Under the pieces are notes generated by a model. That model saw only the letters and a program-made list of their open reading frames with translations, made no database searches and was not told the origin of the DNA. A stretch of 63,277 bases of DNA, filler included, from Albugo candida (Eukaryota): assembly GCA_040437565.1 (NCBI GenBank). It is 25 parts of 25 records of this genome, joined end to end, with 100 filler letters (N's around TTAATTAATTAA, not from the genome) between each part and the next. Parts side by side here need not be neighbours in the genome. Positions count along the whole stretch, not along the records: positions 23,595 to 26,030 come from JBDOQK010000297.1; positions 26,131 to 28,558 come from JBDOQK010000298.1; positions 28,659 to 31,073 come from JBDOQK010000299.1; positions 31,174 to 33,587 come from JBDOQK010000300.1; positions 33,688 to 36,100 come from JBDOQK010000301.1; 20 more parts are not named here. One strand, given 5' to 3'. Both the position numbers and the translations under genes were made by a program. This document shows, piece by piece, positions 24,931-36,100 of the stretch (within the stretch, counting starts at the first letter, position 1; every line of letters begins with the position of its first letter).

Positions 24931-26176
24931 ATATTATGGTAAATACAAAATTAGTCATGATAAAAAATAACACAATTACTATTACCAAAACAAAAGCAAC
25001 TAGGACCAGTTATTTGACACACCGATTTAGAAAGGACTGGCTATACCTTAAGATCCATTAGTGAAAAAAGACTATAGAAAAAGTTAGACAATACTGTATA
25101 TTTTCTTGACTAATAATACCATAATCTTGAAATATATTTAGAAGCAAACGCGTTAAAGTTAAGGAGACGAAGCCTAGCCAGATGACTAGAAATAAAACTG
25201 AGAAGCTGTTTAGTAATTGCGTCAATGAAAAGTAATTTAAAAAGTAAAAGGTTAGTAATTAGTAAAAAAATAAGTGGTTAGATAAATAAAAAGATACTGG
25301 GGGCCTACAGAAAATTTTTTACAACATACAAAAGTATAAAGTGGTGGCTTGCGCCAATAGAGCAATACTATTGGACAAACCACGTGATTTTTAATTTTTT
25401 TGCTGGTGAACCAAATTTAAAAGTGAGATGATGAGTTAAGAAAAAGTTGATTGTCACAGTGGCAACTCTCTACCTTTCCTCGGGAGGGTCTTGAGTTCAT
25501 TTCTGTTGAAAGTTCTTTTTTTTGTCAATGTCTTTAATGTGGTGCATGTAAATAAATCCCAAATATAGTAACCATTGTTAAGTGATTATTGTTTTTGCCC
25601 TGAAAACAGAGCAAATGTCTTCAGGATATATTTTTTAATGTAAATAACAATAAAGGATATAGCAAAGGTAGTATTTGAGCAATATAATACAAATACAATT
25701 AGTAATTGCTTTTTTAATATTTTTTTTTTAAACTAAATGGTACCTTATTAGAGTTGGAAATCAAAAAATCATCCACATCTTTAAATTGTAATAAATGGAT
25801 TAAAATAATTTGTGATCACTGAATCGCATCGATCGAACTTCAAATGGCATAATTGTTTTTGTTTTATTTGCGTTGAAGTATACAAGTACTATAAAAAAAA
25901 ATAACTGAAATTTATGCACAAGCCAATTATTTCATATGTACCTTTAAAAAATATTTTACAATGTCAATTGTACTTTAAGCTTGCTTATATATCTCATTTT
26001 TATAAACTTACTGTTGATTACTTGTTATGTNNNNNNNNNNNNNNNNNNNNNNNNNNNNNNNNNNNNNNNNNNNNTTAATTAATTAANNNNNNNNNNNNNN
26101 NNNNNNNNNNNNNNNNNNNNNNNNNNNNNNAAAAAAAAAAAAAACTAAAATGGTAATTGAAAATCTAATCTCCGGT

Positions 26177-26210
26177 GGGCATACACCTATGTCGACATAG
26201 GTGTATGCCC
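26177..26210. repeat. Perfect 34-bp palindrome upstream of the Harbinger Myb/SANT ORF
   Basis: GGGCATACACCTATGTC|GACATAGGTGTATGCCC. Confidence 0.97.
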
Positions 26211-26332
26211 TCAAAATTGTCCTAAAAAGGAATACTGATTTCACAAAATTGATCTTTTTTACTTCTATTTTTTATTGAATTTTTTGAAGAAAATAAAATT
26301 ACCCCTTTTTTTTAATCTACCTCATTTTAACA

Positions 26333-27931
26333 ATGTCAGATCGTTTCATCATCATCGATGCAGAGGAAGCTGCCTCATATGGTACTCCTAAGAGAAGAAA
26401 CCGCAGCGAAACCCCTCGCAATAGAGCTCCTCTTCCTTCTTTACCTCCTCAACCTACCACCTCCACTGAACCTTCCGCCGCTATTGAATCTACTACCAGC
26501 ACTACTGAACCTACTACCTCCACTACTGAACCTATCACCTCCACTACTGAACCTACCACCTCCACTACTGAACCTACCACCTCCACTACTGAACCTACCA
26601 CCTCCACTACTGAACCTACCACCACCATTACTGAACCAGCTACCACCATTACTGAACCAGCTACCACCATTACTGAACCAGTTACCACCGCTACTAATGA
26701 ACCTGCCACCACTGCCGAAACTAACACCATTACTGAACCTGCTATCACCTCTACTGAACCTACCACCGCTGAACCTACCGCCACTACTGAAACTACCACT
26801 GAAGAAAGAGAAGAAGCAAGTAATTTCAGAACAACTGTTGAAGAAAGCGGTGACGATGAACCTAGAGGTGTAGGTGAGCTTTCTGATCTGGATGACGTAG
26901 AAGATGTAGCCGCTGCTGCAGAACTTGAAGAGGAAGAAGGAACTCCGGCTGTAGAAGATAGTCAGCAAACAGCAACCAGTACGCAACATACTAGAAGAAG
27001 TATTGACTTTTTTACCGAAAATGCTACCAAAGCGTATTTGGATTTGTTAAGAGATATGGACATTCATTGGAGAATCAAAGGATTAGGACACAATACCCGT
27101 ACCATTCATGATGTTTGGGTTGAAGCTTTTGAAGCATTTAAAGAGCTTGATTCCTTTTCCAGTTTCCCTGAAGATTTCCGAAACAATCTCACGCTTGAAA
27201 ATTTCCAAAAGAAGTTTACCAATCTTAAAAGAGATTATAAAGGCCATAGAGATAATTTGAATAATGCAACTGGAAGAGGAGCCGGTTTCAATCCATTTGT
27301 GGCACATAAGTGGTATGCTGAAATGTTTGCAATCATTCGTGACGATCCTTCATTTAATCCTCCAGTTATGATGCATTCGGGGGGTGTCGCTACTCCACCC
27401 TCCACCACAAGATCAGAATCTAATGGTAGAGTCACTCGACAAACCTATGGTCCAAACGGATCTATGGAAGAGCTTGCACCTCCTGCTCCCAACACTGGTA
27501 ATAATAGATCACCAACAAGTTCTTCTCCTCCTCCTCCTACTACTACTACTACGCAACCTACTGGTACAGCTAGAAATGAAAATGGTGGTGTTGATTATGA
27601 TGATGTGATTGAAAACATGAACACCATTCATACTCAATCAATGGCAACACTTGGCACCCTTCAACAGCAATTAATGGATAGATTGTTTGGAACTGCTGAA
27701 GAAATTACTGAAAAAAGAAGAAGAAAAGAAGAAAAAAAATTAGCTAAGGCTGAAAAAAGAAGAAGAGAAGCTGAAGAAGAAGTAGTAGAACGTCAAGCAA
27801 AGGCAACTGAAGCTCAACGTCGTGCTACAAGAGATCATAAGATGTTAGAAATTCAGGAAAAGACTTCTGAAGCATTCATCAATTACCTTAAATCAATGAC
27901 TCCTGATAATAATTCTTCTTCTAACAATTAA
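26333..27931 (+). CDS. PIF/Harbinger Myb/SANT-like DNA-binding protein (ORF1) with Thr-rich 21-bp tandem repeat
   Basis: W..AF....LTLENFQKKFTNLKRDYK..KWYAEMFAII.DDPSFNPP, C-terminal coiled coil, convergent with a Harbinger transposase. (TTEPTTS)n repeat at about 26450-26800. Confidence 0.82.
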   Translation: MSDRFIIIDAEEAASYGTPKRRNRSETPRNRAPLPSLPPQPTTSTEPSAAIESTTSTTEPTTSTTEPITSTTEPTTSTTEPTTSTTEPTTSTTEPTTTITEPATTITEPATTITEPVTTATNEPATTAETNTITEPAITSTEPTTAEPTATTETTTEEREEASNFRTTVEESGDDEPRGVGELSDLDDVEDVAAAAELEEEEGTPAVEDSQQTATSTQHTRRSIDFFTENATKAYLDLLRDMDIHWRIKGLGHNTRTIHDVWVEAFEAFKELDSFSSFPEDFRNNLTLENFQKKFTNLKRDYKGHRDNLNNATGRGAGFNPFVAHKWYAEMFAIIRDDPSFNPPVMMHSGGVATPPSTTRSESNGRVTRQTYGPNGSMEELAPPAPNTGNNRSPTSSSPPPPTTTTTQPTGTARNENGGVDYDDVIENMNTIHTQSMATLGTLQQQLMDRLFGTAEEITEKRRRKEEKKLAKAEKRRREAEEEVVERQAKATEAQRRATRDHKMLEIQEKTSEAFINYLKSMTPDNNSSSNN

Positions 27932-28040
27932 ATAAACACAACAATTTTTTTAATCCAATCCATCTATCATCTATCTAATAAAAAAAACATTAATAAATTA
28001 ATGCATTTATTTTTAAAAATTGTAAGATACATATCTTAAT

Positions 28041-28558
28041 TTAATTCATCAAACTTTGAGCAAGAGTATCTCTAGCAATAGTAGCTGCACGAGAAGCAGT
28101 TTGAGCACGTCTACGGAACTGATTTTGAGTCTCTTGCTCTTCAGCGGTAGGAACAGGAGGTGGAAGTTGTTCCAAGGTGAATTCAGCACCATCATTATTG
28201 TTTCTTCAGCAAAACGGCGAAGCACATCTTCTCTGATTTCCTCGTCAGTTTCCCCAGCAACAACTCTGTGCATGTAATTTGATGGCCAAATAAATTCACC
28301 ACGCAAGACATCTTCATTATCAATACACATATTGTGCAAGACACAGCAGGTCGTAATGACATAAGCCATTCTTGTCACATCTTTTAAATACAAGTGCTTG
28401 AACATAAATCTCCAGCGGCTAACAAAAAGAGCAAAGCATTTCTCGATCTTCATGCGAGTTGAAGACAAACGCTTGTTAAACCTCTTTTGCATATGAGAAG
28501 TAACTCTTCTTTGTCCTCCAGCAGCAGGTCTTCCTCTGTTAACCACGTAAGGTACGAA
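28041..28558 (-). mobile_element. PIF/Harbinger (DDE_Tnp_4, HARBI1-like) transposase C-terminus with one frameshift
   Basis: QKRFNKRLSSTRMKIEKCFALFVSRWRF..ITTCCVLHNMC. Shifting frame at ~28201 gives ..ARDTLAQSLMN*, which matches the end of the paralogue at 40669. Confidence 0.9.
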
Positions 28559-28658
28559 NNNNNNNNNNNNNNNNNNNNNNNNNNNNNNNNNNNNNNNNNN
28601 NNTTAATTAATTAANNNNNNNNNNNNNNNNNNNNNNNNNNNNNNNNNNNNNNNNNNNN

Positions 28659-30110
28659 CTTTGCGTTTGAAGTCAACTATAGCAACTTCCATATCGATTT
28701 CATTGCTTTTATTCCTAGTAGTGCATGTCGAAGGCACGCACTGATGTGGAAAGGAAATTTCATGACAACGCCAACCAAGCTGAGGTTGAAACTTGGTAAA
28801 CCATGGTTTTCCCAAGATGACGTCATGAGCAGAGCCCAATGGCCATTCCATGACTTGTAAACTGCAAAATCTGTATCGATCGAACACGGTAGTCACAGCA
28901 CCATTTTTAATGGAGCGGGCTCAAGTGGAAGTTCCAATAAATCGTGTAACTTGGGAGACACCAGATTGTGTCAGTTTCTTCACCAAGCCGGGACGAACAG
29001 CATTACAGGTTGCACCGCTATCAAACATTATAGTGACAGGTGTTCCATCACAAGTTCCTTGTTTACGAATAACTTATTCTCTGGATGCACCGGATCCATA
29101 GTCGACGTCGAAATCTCTTCCATTTCGACAATTTTCGCTTCGTTCTCGTAACTTGTAATAGAAGGTAACGATTAAGTCGCTCTTGGAGACGTGGGATCAT
29201 TGAGGCTTACAGCCGCTTGAACATGTCGAGCGCTATGAGCTTGCTTCTCTTTTTTCTTCAGCTTGTAACAGTGTTCGATGACGTGACCGGGCTTCTTACA
29301 GTAGCGACATTTCTTCGACGAAGAAGCTGATGATGATGTGGAGCGACTAGGTTTGGTAAATCCTGAGTCAATCTCCCTTGGTTCCGGGTCACTCTCGTGC
29401 ACGCGCGGTGATGCAGGTTGTTGATGGTGATAATGTTGATTGAAAGTTGCACGTGATCGTCTTGCGAGTATACCGGTGAACGGTAGTTCTTCCCGCGGAC
29501 ACGATGAGGTCGATCATACTCCAACGCAATCATCATAGCTTGTAAAATTGTGGCACACCGGCGGTATTGCACTTCTTCCCGTGTGGGACTCACTAGTCCT
29601 CGCGTAAAGAAGGTACTTTTATCCAACTCGCTCATTTCCGTAACTTGCATGATAGCTTCATGGAAACGTGAAATATAAACTTCCACGTTTGGACAACTTT
29701 TCTGTTTGAGTGGGTACAATTGATCACGCAAGCGTTCTTGCAGATTAGGGGGCACAAATTCTTCATTTACTTGAACGATGAGGTCTTGCATGACTTTGAT
29801 AAATGGCTTGTTCAACTTGTACCAAGCTGGGGCATTTTCTTTGGAATTAGCGGTCGTGATTACCAAAATATGAGCGCTTTGACTGACATCGCGCTAGTCA
29901 ATACTCTTTGCTTCGAAGTACTGAGCCAGTTGCTCAAAGTACAGATCCACAGACTCGCCGATTTTACCATGGAATTGAGGTAAGCTGATCCCTTCAACTT
30001 TTATTTCACGCTTGGTCATAGCTTCAAGCAATTGCTGTTTTTTTTTCGACTAATTCGATCGTCGTTTTTGTGATGGCGTCGGGGGCCATCCTTGGGGTTC
30101 AATGACGTCA
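28659..30110 (-). pseudogene. Decayed Ty3/Gypsy gag-protease (oomycete-like)
   Basis: REIKVEGISLPQFHGKIGESVDLY, LQERLRDQLYPLKQK, CRYCKKPGHVIEHC knuckle, protease VIMFDSGAT and DVILGKPWF; several stops and frameshifts. Confidence 0.88.
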
Positions 30111-30254
30111 TGATAACCGAAAAAACAAAAAATTCCAACCAAATAGAGCCGGAACAAACGACAAACACTCGGTGAGCGGCTTTCCCAGTGCCGTGACGCT
30201 AAACGGCGCGTAAGAAAAACTCCTTCCGGACGACCAACGACCTTTATGTTATGT

Positions 30255-30280
30255 GACCAACAAGTGCTACCAGTTGTAAC
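30255..30280 (-). promoter_or_regulatory. Putative LTR 3' boundary and primer-binding site
   Basis: Minus strand reads ...GTTACA-AC-TGGTAGCAC.., about 150 nt upstream of gag. The other LTR end was not found. Confidence 0.5.
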
Positions 30281-31173
30281 GCCGGCACGAGGAAGTGAGA
30301 GGAAGCAAAGGAAGATATTTGCTGGCGGAGCTCAATTTGATAAAAAATGAAAAGTGAGATTTTTTTAATTAAAGGATCCTGGTTCATCTAACTGATTGGC
30401 TAATCCAGTTCTCCAACTATATAGAACTATGCATGCATGTACAATGGAGCTTGTTCCAATAGTGCTGACGTACGCCTAGGTAAGGGACAATACGATAATA
30501 TGATAGCACTGTCCCCTACTTATCGATGTCAACTATTTTGCGCTCAATTCGCAACCATTCAGCTTGCGTTCTTTTTTGTTCGTTTTTGATCATTCTTGTT
30601 AGACTATTTCATAGTTTACAGTTCGTTCCTAATATTTCATTGTTTACGGGTAATTCATGACACAAGAACCTCCTATTCTATAAAATTGGTCCTGTGGGTC
30701 CTGTTGTTGCACTTTTGCTTCTTCGTGCGTTGTGTCTTACCCTCCTGCAACGGCCCACATCTTCTTTGCATGGGTGAATCCTGCTGTCGAAGCAGCGCCT
30801 TGGCCAGCAAAAACACTTACCGGTAGGTACCGGTGAAAGCAGTCAATCAAATGATGACTGCTTGAAAGTGCCAGCTTCAAACCTGTTTCAAGATGGGCAT
30901 CGACGTGGCAGTCGCTGATTGGTAGTAGCAGAAGGCTTAGACTAGCAGTAGCAACAGAGTTGGCGAACTAAGGACCTTAATAAACATCAAGTATTTTACT
31001 ATCAAGTGCTCAAGGGACCTTTATTTCTTTAGGTTTTGAGCTCAAGCACCGTTTTTTCAACTGAAGACACCAANNNNNNNNNNNNNNNNNNNNNNNNNNN
31101 NNNNNNNNNNNNNNNNNTTAATTAATTAANNNNNNNNNNNNNNNNNNNNNNNNNNNNNNNNNNNNNNNNNNNN

Positions 31174-31390
31174 ATAAATCGTTGTCTCTGGTAAAGTCTC
31201 TACATCTTTATTGTCTTCTAAAGCGTACTAGTCCTAAACTCTAACTCTTTATTGTCGATATATATATTAAATAGTCTCCTACAGTCTTCTATTTAAACAA
31301 GAATATATATATATTATTTACTTTACTATTTATACTAAGGTAAACATAAAAGACATTAAGACATTTATCAATTGGTCCTTCCCCTCCAGA
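31174..31390 (+). promoter_or_regulatory. 3' part of 5' LTR and putative primer-binding site
   Basis: ...TTTATCA (31370)-AT-TGGTCCTTCCCC.. (31373). TGG is complementary to tRNA CCA; TGGTCCTTC resembles tRNA-Tyr-type PBSs. Confidence 0.55.
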
Positions 31391-31448
31391 TTGTGTATTG
31401 ACTCGGTTTCTCTATTTAAGGTTATAAATTACTTCTGATTGTTGTCTT

Positions 31449-32399
31449 ATGAAAGTTATGTCTGCTATAATTAATAACAAGAACTCTTCTGGTACTGAAC
31501 GTGGTGCATTCAAATGGCGTTTATCTGAGCCCAAGGTTTTTAGTGGTGTCTCTAAAGGAAATGATTTGGGTGCTGAAGCTCTTTCTTGGATGAATAAGAT
31601 GGATAGAATCAAAATGTCTTCTAAAATGGATGATGAAGAAATCTTGTTTTTGGTGGATGATTATTTATCCGAGAAGGCTACTACTTGGTTTAATGTGGTT
31701 GGAAAGAAAGCTACATCTTGGAATGAGTTTGTCAAGATCTTTAAGAAACAATATTTGGTTGATCAAGAAGATAAATGGTGGTCTCAGTTGCAATCTATGA
31801 AACAAGGCCCTGAAGATTCTATTGATGATATTGCTTTAAGAATGGAGGAACTTTTTGGTCTTTTGGGTAACAAGAATGAAGCCTATCAAGTTAGAACATT
31901 TTTATCTGCTATTAATCCAAAGTGGGCTTATGAAATTGAAAAAGAAACTACTCCTGCTACTTTTAATGAGGCTAAAGCTAAAGCTAAACAAATTGAAAAG
32001 AGTGATAAGAAGTACAAGTCTGGTGCTATTTTAACTGGTGAACCTATTAATTCAAATTTTGGTGGGTCTATTGCTTCTTTTGGTAGTTCTGATAATTCAT
32101 CTAGTTACAGTTCTGATATTTCTTCTCTTTTGGTTTCTAAATTGGAGCAATTAAGTATTAATTTGGTCAAGCTAAATGAAAATGTTTTACTCAATCAAAG
32201 ACAAAGTAATGGTGGTCAAGCTACAAAGTATCCTGCTTATAACAATAATAATAGAGTGTATACTTGCTTTTTCTGTAATGAACCAGGTCACAAGAAATAT
32301 GATTGTCCTAAAATGAAGAATGATAATGGTCCTGCTTCTGGTAGTAATGCAATTCCTATTGGTAATCAAGATATGGGAAAAGCCAAAGAGCATCAGTAA
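31449..32399 (+). mobile_element. Ty3/Gypsy gag
   Basis: EPKVFSG..ALSWM, ATTWF..SWNEFVKIFKKQY, LQSMKQGPEDSI, and CCHC knuckle CFFCNEPGHKKYDC. Confidence 0.9.
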
Positions 32400-32417
32400 A
32401 CGAGGTAACTGGTGTTC
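32375..32417 (+). promoter_or_regulatory. Programmed -1 ribosomal frameshift signal
   Basis: G GGA AAA heptamer in gag frame (32375-32381), 6-nt spacer, then 10-bp stem GAGCAUCAGU/ACUGGUGUUC (32388-32417). The -1 frame runs directly into the pol ORF. Confidence 0.8.
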
Positions 32418-33587
32418 GAACTCAAAATGAAAATCCTCAAATTAATGACAAGGCTGTGAAATCCACTGGTGCTAATTCTGATGGTACTGGTGAACTGAAT
32501 TATGTTAATACTATTGTTGATGGTGATTATGATGTAAATGAAATCTATATGAAAAGAGGGTCTCCTCCTAGTGTTGAAGCTGTTAATGGTAGTAGTGCTC
32601 CTGCAGTTAAGAAAAATAAAATTGCTGATTCTACTGGTCTGAATGCTACTTTGGTTAAGAAGAAAACCGTAAGAAGAAAGGCAAGACGTCTTCCTGTATC
32701 TATAAAGAAGAATAAAATCTGGTCTCGCTTACTGAAGGTTGAAGCTGGTATTTCTCTTGCTGAATGGATTTCTTTGGACAAAGAAGCTGCATCTGAAATT
32801 ATTGATGGTATTAGATATCTTAGGGAATCTAAAAAGAAAAGAAAACCTCCTGGTGTCATTGAAAGTGCTAAATTGGTTGAAACTGTTGGTCAAGTAAATG
32901 AAGTAGAAATTGATGATGATTCTACTGATAGTTATGATTCTGATGACAGTTATGATAATCATGTTTCAAGTGATGCTTCTACTGGTGTTTCTTTATCTGA
33001 TATTAGTGATATTGAGAAATCTTCTGATGATGGTCTTGAATTTAGTGATACTGAAAGTATTTATCGGTATCCATATAGTCTAGAAGAAATGAAATCTGGT
33101 TCTCCTTTAAGAGGTGTGGTCAATATCAACAACAAATCTATTGAATGTATATATGATACAGGTGCTTCAGTATCAGTCATTGGGTCTTCCTTAGTCAAGA
33201 AACTGGGTCTAGTTCCTAATGGTGACAAGCTAAATCTAGTTGGTTTCAATCATAATCCTAGTGCTGTAACTTCTTCTAATATTGTGATGGACGTTCCTAT
33301 TTCTATTAATGGAAAAATTAGACCTGAACATATGTGCATTGAAGAAAATAATGGTAGTGAACTATTGTTACTTGGTATTCCTTGGTTCAAGAACTATGGT
33401 ATCTCTCTTGATATGCAAAAGTCTCTTATTATGGTTCCTACTACTGAAGGTGTAATGAAAATTAAATGTTTTACTAAACATTATGATGAAGATGGTAAAA
33501 GGCTAAACTTAAATGAAAGGTTCAAGAAAATCTATCAAGTTGAAACCGAACAGAAATATTTGAATAATGTAGCTGATGACCTATTAG
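32375..33587 (+). mobile_element. Ty3/Gypsy pol N-terminus with aspartic protease (truncated)
   Basis: CIYDTGASVSVI and LLLGIPWF. No ATG start; in the -1 frame relative to gag. Confidence 0.88.
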
Positions 33588-33687
33588 NNNNNNNNNNNNN
33601 NNNNNNNNNNNNNNNNNNNNNNNNNNNNNNNTTAATTAATTAANNNNNNNNNNNNNNNNNNNNNNNNNNNNNNNNNNNNNNNNNNNN

Positions 33688-36100
33688 GAAAACTCCATAA
33701 TGTTTCTATTACTACATTAAAGTCTTCCATTAAAGAGGGAAAAATAACTCTTCACTGCAAACATGGAAGCGCTTATAGAGCTGCAAGAAAGGTTGTACCC
33801 CCTCAACAAGAAGATGATGATGTAAAACCAAGATCAACATCTACCTCCCGCTTAGGTTGTTCTATGCGTATTTATGCTAGAAGAAATGGTGATGGATCTT
33901 TTTCTGTCAAATCCTCTAACGGTGATCATGATCATCCTCTTGCAAATGATGACCGTACATATGCTGCCTTTAGAAAAATGGAAGCTAATGATATGGAAAC
34001 TGCTATAGCGCTATTGAAGAAGCACTCGCCTTCTGAAGTATTAAAGGTAAGTTTATGATAGAGCACAAAGGAAATGATTAGAATAGAAAATAAATAAAAG
34101 TTACCTACTATTATGTAATGTCTATTTAGATTTTGAATCAGCTTGGTATCAACAATGTTATCAGAAAAGACTTGGAAAATATCAAACAAATGCTTTGTAA
34201 TGAAAACGATTCTCAACAAGACATGTTAAAGTTTATTGTCAAGTTGCAAAACATGAACTGTGAGGTGAGATACAGGGTAAACGATCACAACAAAATTACC
34301 AGTGTCTTTTTTATGCAATACAAAGGAATAGAAGAAACACGTCGTTTGCCCGAATGCATTATAATTGACGCAACTTATAAGACCAATTCACACAAAATGG
34401 TCTTGTTAAATTTTGTTATTGCAGGAACTGTATCTAGTAAAGAGCAAGCAGATCATCTTGCTACTATTCCTATCGCAGGTTGCTGGTTATCTAAGGAAAC
34501 AGAAGATCATTATACTTGGTCCTTAAACCAATTCAAAGAGGTTGTATGGGGAGACAATTCAGGGGACTGGGAATTGCCTAGCGTTTTCGTTACTGATAAC
34601 GACCAAGCACTCAGAAATGCTTTGAAATCCGTTTTTCCTGGTGTTAGCACCTTGCTTTGCTACATTCATGTGAAGCGTAATTTCGAAAAGAAATTTCTCT
34701 CTTGTTTGATGCCTAGCATTAAAAAAACTGGTATGTAGTTGAATTGAAGAAAAATTCAAAAAAACAACTTAATAGATAATCAGAATCTAATTACTAATAA
34801 CAAAACAATTTACTTACAAATATTTTAGAGGAACTTAAACGTGTTACTATAAAAGAATTTTTGGACATTATTAAGAAGATGTCACAAAACTGCAAAACCT
34901 TCGATGAGTACCGTATGATTAGACAGGATTATGTCAAGTTGGCAGAAAGAGCTTGCGGTGGAAAAGCAAGAGAACTTATTTTTTATTTAGAAAGGTGACA
35001 TATAAAATAATGTTATATATTATCGTTAATAATTCCACTATATACTAACGAAAGCTTAATTTTGTGCGATACAATACAACAATAATAGAATGGAGAAAGA
35101 TGGCGAAATAGAAAAATGGACTGGTTTCCATGCCAACAAACTTCCTCACATGGGTAACCGATCAACCAATCGTGTGGAAGGCACTCACGCAAGTGAGAAG
35201 AAGCATATAAAAACTTCTTCTGGTAAAATGGACACCGTAACTGAGAAAATCATTGCTTGGTGGAGTATTAGGGTAATTATTTTAATAGTTTTTTTTGTAA
35301 ATTCTAAACGATTACAGATAATTATTAACATTTCCAATATCAAACACAATACAGACTGATTACCGTAACTGGAAAAATGAAGCTGAATCTCTTAAACAAC
35401 CTCTAGTTGCTGTAAAAAATTTGCAAAGTTATAGGCTAGATATTTTAAAAAATCGCATCACAAAGTTTGCTTTAATGAAAATTCAAAGTGAATTGACAAA
35501 AAGTCTCGAACTGGATGTAAATAATGATGCTAATATTACAGAAAATTGTAATTGCTACTGGAAGAACGTTTACCGTCTTCCATGTAAGCATCAACTTTTT
35601 AAAGCTGAAGAAATTATTCCTCTTGCTACAGTTCACTCTCGTTGGCACATTGCACTTCACGACGGAAGAGGTACGTATTAGATAATTTTTTTAAATTACT
35701 TCTTATTTTGCTCTTAAAAAGACATTTCGAACTACTTTTACTTACTATTAATATTATAAAATTACAGCTGCTAAAGTTGGAGAAAAAATTGCTGAAAAAG
35801 AAAAAGTAGTAGAAGGTGAAACTTTTGCTTCAAAAAAAATGGACAGCTTGGAAAAAGAATTATTATTGAGGATCAATAAAATTCACGAAGAGTTTAATGC
35901 TGCAAAGTCAATACAACAAAAGCAGACGTTGATTAAAAACTTGAATGAAGTGTTCAACTTCAACAGTGAAACAACAAAATTGGAAGACATTTCCTCTCCT
36001 TCTGTTGTCGTATCTCAAAAAGGTCGCAACAAGAATACCAAAAGAGAAAAGATAGGTTTAGAACACCTGTATGATGAAATTGAAAAAAATAATAAAAAAC
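33688..36100 (+). mobile_element. MULE (Mutator-like) transposase, multi-exon, both ends truncated
   Basis: FAR1-like CKHG..TSRLGCSM..HDHP; DDE core IIIDATYKTN, FVTDNDQAL, LLCYIH, STNRVEGTH; SWIM-like CNC..YRLPCKH. GT-AG introns, e.g. 34047-34129. Confidence 0.92.

Noticed and set aside
26358-26989. Overlapping ORFs (LLNLPPP, FSSGGGR and VVEVVGS repeats)
   Set aside because: Alternative-frame shadows of the 21-bp repeat in the Myb/SANT gene.
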